NCBI RefSeq assembly: GCF_006345805.1
Contig: NW_021824678.1
Span: 1-40,837, forward strand
Length of the DNA stretch: 40,837 nt
Source of the DNA: Octopus sinensis
Taxonomy: Eukaryota
Direction: 5' to 3'
Of the stretch, positions 38,058 through 40,837 are shown one piece after another; within the stretch, counting starts at the first letter, position 1; each line of letters begins with the position of its first letter. The position numbers and the translations under genes were made by a program. Under the pieces are notes generated by a model. It was not told the DNA's origin. It ran no database searches and saw only the letters and a list, made by a program, of their open reading frames with translations.

Positions 38058-40130
38058 AGGTCCCTCCTGAACCTCATCAACACCCTGTACATGGAGCAGG
38101 TAATACTCCAACCAACCAGGGCAGGTAACACACTGGATCTCTGCTTCACAAATGACATGGATCTCATCCATAATGTGAAAGTGACACCGACACTACTCTC
38201 GGATCACAACATGATAGAGCTGACCATGTACGGGCCAAAAGAGAGCACGGACATGCAGCCTACAAGAAACCCTCAAAATCTTTCCAGCTTGAACTACCAT
38301 AAGGCAAACTGGAAACAAATTGAGAAAGAGATCCTCAAACAAAACTGGCCTAAATGTCTCTCCTCGCCAGACATCGACGTGAAACTTCAACAATTCATGT
38401 CTGTAATGCAAGCCATATGCTACAAATGTGTCCCAGAGAGAAGGGCCACTGTACACAAGAACAAAATCCCAGAGAGAGGAAAATTTTAATGAGACGGCGT
38501 ACAAAATTTTCAAATCGCCTAAACAAACAGATTGAAAGCAGTGAAAAGTCCCGCCTAAAAATAAAACTGTTGGAAATCGAAAAATGTCTGCAACTCTCCC
38601 ATGAAAAAGAAAGAGCAGACAAAGAAGCCTGGGCTATAGACAACATAAAATCTAACCCAGAACTCTCTACAGGTATGCCAAGAAACAGCTACGGTGCCTG
38701 TAGAATAGGGCCACTCCTCGAAAAGGATGGCACACTTACAGGAAAACCAATGAGGGTAAGTGAAATACTGAATGAGCAATTCAAGAGTGTTTTCACTCCA
38801 CCCCTTGGGCATCTCCAAATCACCAATCCAACTGACTTTTTTACCACTGCAGATATAAAATCAGAGGCGGCGACGATAGATTACATCGATATAAAGGAAG
38901 ACGATGTAATCAAGGCTATAGATGAAATGAAAACAGACTCAGCTACTGGCCCCGATGGATTCCCGGCAATCCTCCTAAAAGCATGTAAGAGAGTCCTAGC
39001 AAGACCACTGCAGTTCCTCTTTCAGAGCTTCCTTGCAACTGGCAAACTTCCAAGAAAACTGAAGGAAGGTAAAATATGCCCCATTCATAAAGGAGGTAGC
39101 AGAGCGGAAGTCAAGAACTATAGACCTATCTCTCTGACCTCACACATCTGCAAGGTCATGGAACGAATAGTCAGAAGGAAGCTGATCACCTTCCTTGAAG
39201 AGAATGACTTGCTGCCCGACACCCAACATGGTTTCCGACCAGGGAGAAGCTGTTTAAACTCAGCTCCTACAACACTATGACTGGGTGCTGAACGGCTGCT
39301 CAACCACTCAAATGTGGAAGTGATATATCTCGACTTTGCAAAGGCCTTTGATAAAGTCGATCATGGAATGATATGTCACAAACTGCGTGATCTCAACATA
39401 GTTGGAAAACTGGGAGAATGGCTTCATGACTTTCTGAAGGATAGAAGTCAGGTGGTAGTAGCCAATGGGGCCACTTCCATTAACACGCAAATAGTGAGCG
39501 GTGTTCCGCAGGGCACTGTTCTGGGACCACTACTGTTCATAATGGCCCTCTCAGACATGCCCTCAGCCACGCAGAGAACCACGATCACAAGTTATGCAGA
39601 TGATACAAAAGTTTCACAGGCAATACAGAACCCTGAGGACACTAAACACCTGCAATGTGAGCTGGACAAAATATACAAGTGGGCCGAAAAGAATAGCATG
39701 TAGTTCAATGCTGAAAAGTTTCAAGCTCTATACTATCAGCGTGCAAAACTAAATGCAATACTCAATGAATACACTGGACCCGGAGGAATAGCAATCCAGA
39801 GGCACAATCAGTGCGTGACCTAGGTATTTACATAGTGATGACGCGACCTTTCGTGTACATGTTGCTAAATTGGCAATGAAATGTAGACGACTGGCCGGAT
39901 GGATCCTCAGAACCTTTAGAACAAGAGAACAAGAAACCATGATGGTCTCTGGAGGACACTTGTCCTAAGCCACTTTGACTACTGCTCTCAGTTATGGTCA
40001 CCATCCAGTGTCAAGTTGATCACAGAGCTCGAGGCGATCCAACGTAGCTACACGAAGAAGATAGACTCTATGCAGAATGTAAGCTACTGGGAAAGACTCA
40101 AGAGATTAAAACTATATTCCGTGGAGCGTA
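38058..40130 (+). mobile_element. CR1-like LINE ORF2 remnant (APE C-terminus plus RT), disrupted
   Basis: PTR..N.LDL.FTN...SDH; NYRPISLTS; QHGFRPGRSC; YLDFAKAFDKVDH; GVPQGTVLGPLLF; YADD. Frameshifts near 38480 and 39270 and a TAG at 39701; ends in (TA)n before the 3' UTR. Confidence 0.95.
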
Positions 40131-40470
40131 TATATATATATATATATATATACATATATATATACATATATGTACATATATATATACATATATACATATA
40201 TATATATACATATATGTACATATATATATACATATATACATATATATATACATATATGTACATATATATATATACATATATATACATATATATATACATA
40301 TATACATATATATACACATATATACATATATATATACATATATACATATATATATATACATATATACATATATATATACTATATACATATATACATATAT
40401 ATATTTATATATATACATATATATATTTATATATATACATATATATATTATATATATACATATATATATT
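40131..40470. repeat. (TA)n/(TACA)n microsatellite
   Basis: Seen directly. Confidence 0.95.
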
Positions 40471-40599
40471 TAACAATTAAGGATAATCTCTTAATAAGGG
40501 ATCTTAACAAGAAATTATCGGTAGCTAGCGTGAAAACCTCATAAAGAAAGAATTCGAAAATAATTTTTTTCTTTTGAACAAATTAATTATATCTATATT

Positions 40600-40773
40600 G
40601 TATAGAGGGCATTATTACACATAAATGCCTCACACTAGGAGGGACAAAGTCATACTACCAAAATTATACTAATTATACTAATTAGTATAATTATACTAAT
40701 TAGTATAATTTTGGTAGTAATGACTTTGTCCCTCCTAGTGTGAGGCATTTATGTGTAATAATGCCCTCTATAC
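40600..40773. repeat. 174-bp near-perfect palindrome
   Basis: gtatagagggcattattacac...ccaaaattatact and its reverse complement; one 1-bp indel between the arms; centre built of 9-bp aattatact/agtataatt units. Confidence 0.97.
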
Positions 40774-40837
40774 ATACATATATATATTTATATATATACA
40801 TATATATATTTATATATATACATATATACATATATAT

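Overview
Repeat-dense eukaryotic DNA. The SINE families and the very high (TA)n/(CA)n/(AAT)n load look like a cephalopod, probably Octopus (inference from recalled repeat families, not a database search). Almost all ORF-track entries are microsatellite or transposon artefacts. The real host gene is invisible to the ORF track: a minus-strand, multi-exon copine-family gene (C2 domain plus vWA domain) that runs off both window ends. I reconstructed it from GT-AG sites and reading-phase continuity. Supported exons are 19781-19878, 16794-16898, 13646-13668, 8094-8157, 6378-6410, 4257-4318, 2097-2249 and 1779-1857; candidate exons are 34374-34402, 12398-12416 and 35737-35748. It is highly divergent: the C2B Ca2+-ligand aspartates are absent and the vWA DxT/SxS motif is altered. 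The introns hold decayed mariner and Tc1 elements, CR1-like, RTE and L1/Tx1-like LINE fragments, many tRNA-derived SINEs, and several Penelope-like fragments carrying hammerhead-ribozyme motifs. They also hold a TSD-flanked RTE-like element that starts with an HDV-like fold, several long inverted repeats, and a near-identical 3.77-kb tandem duplication that may be an assembly artefact. I found no intact autonomous element.
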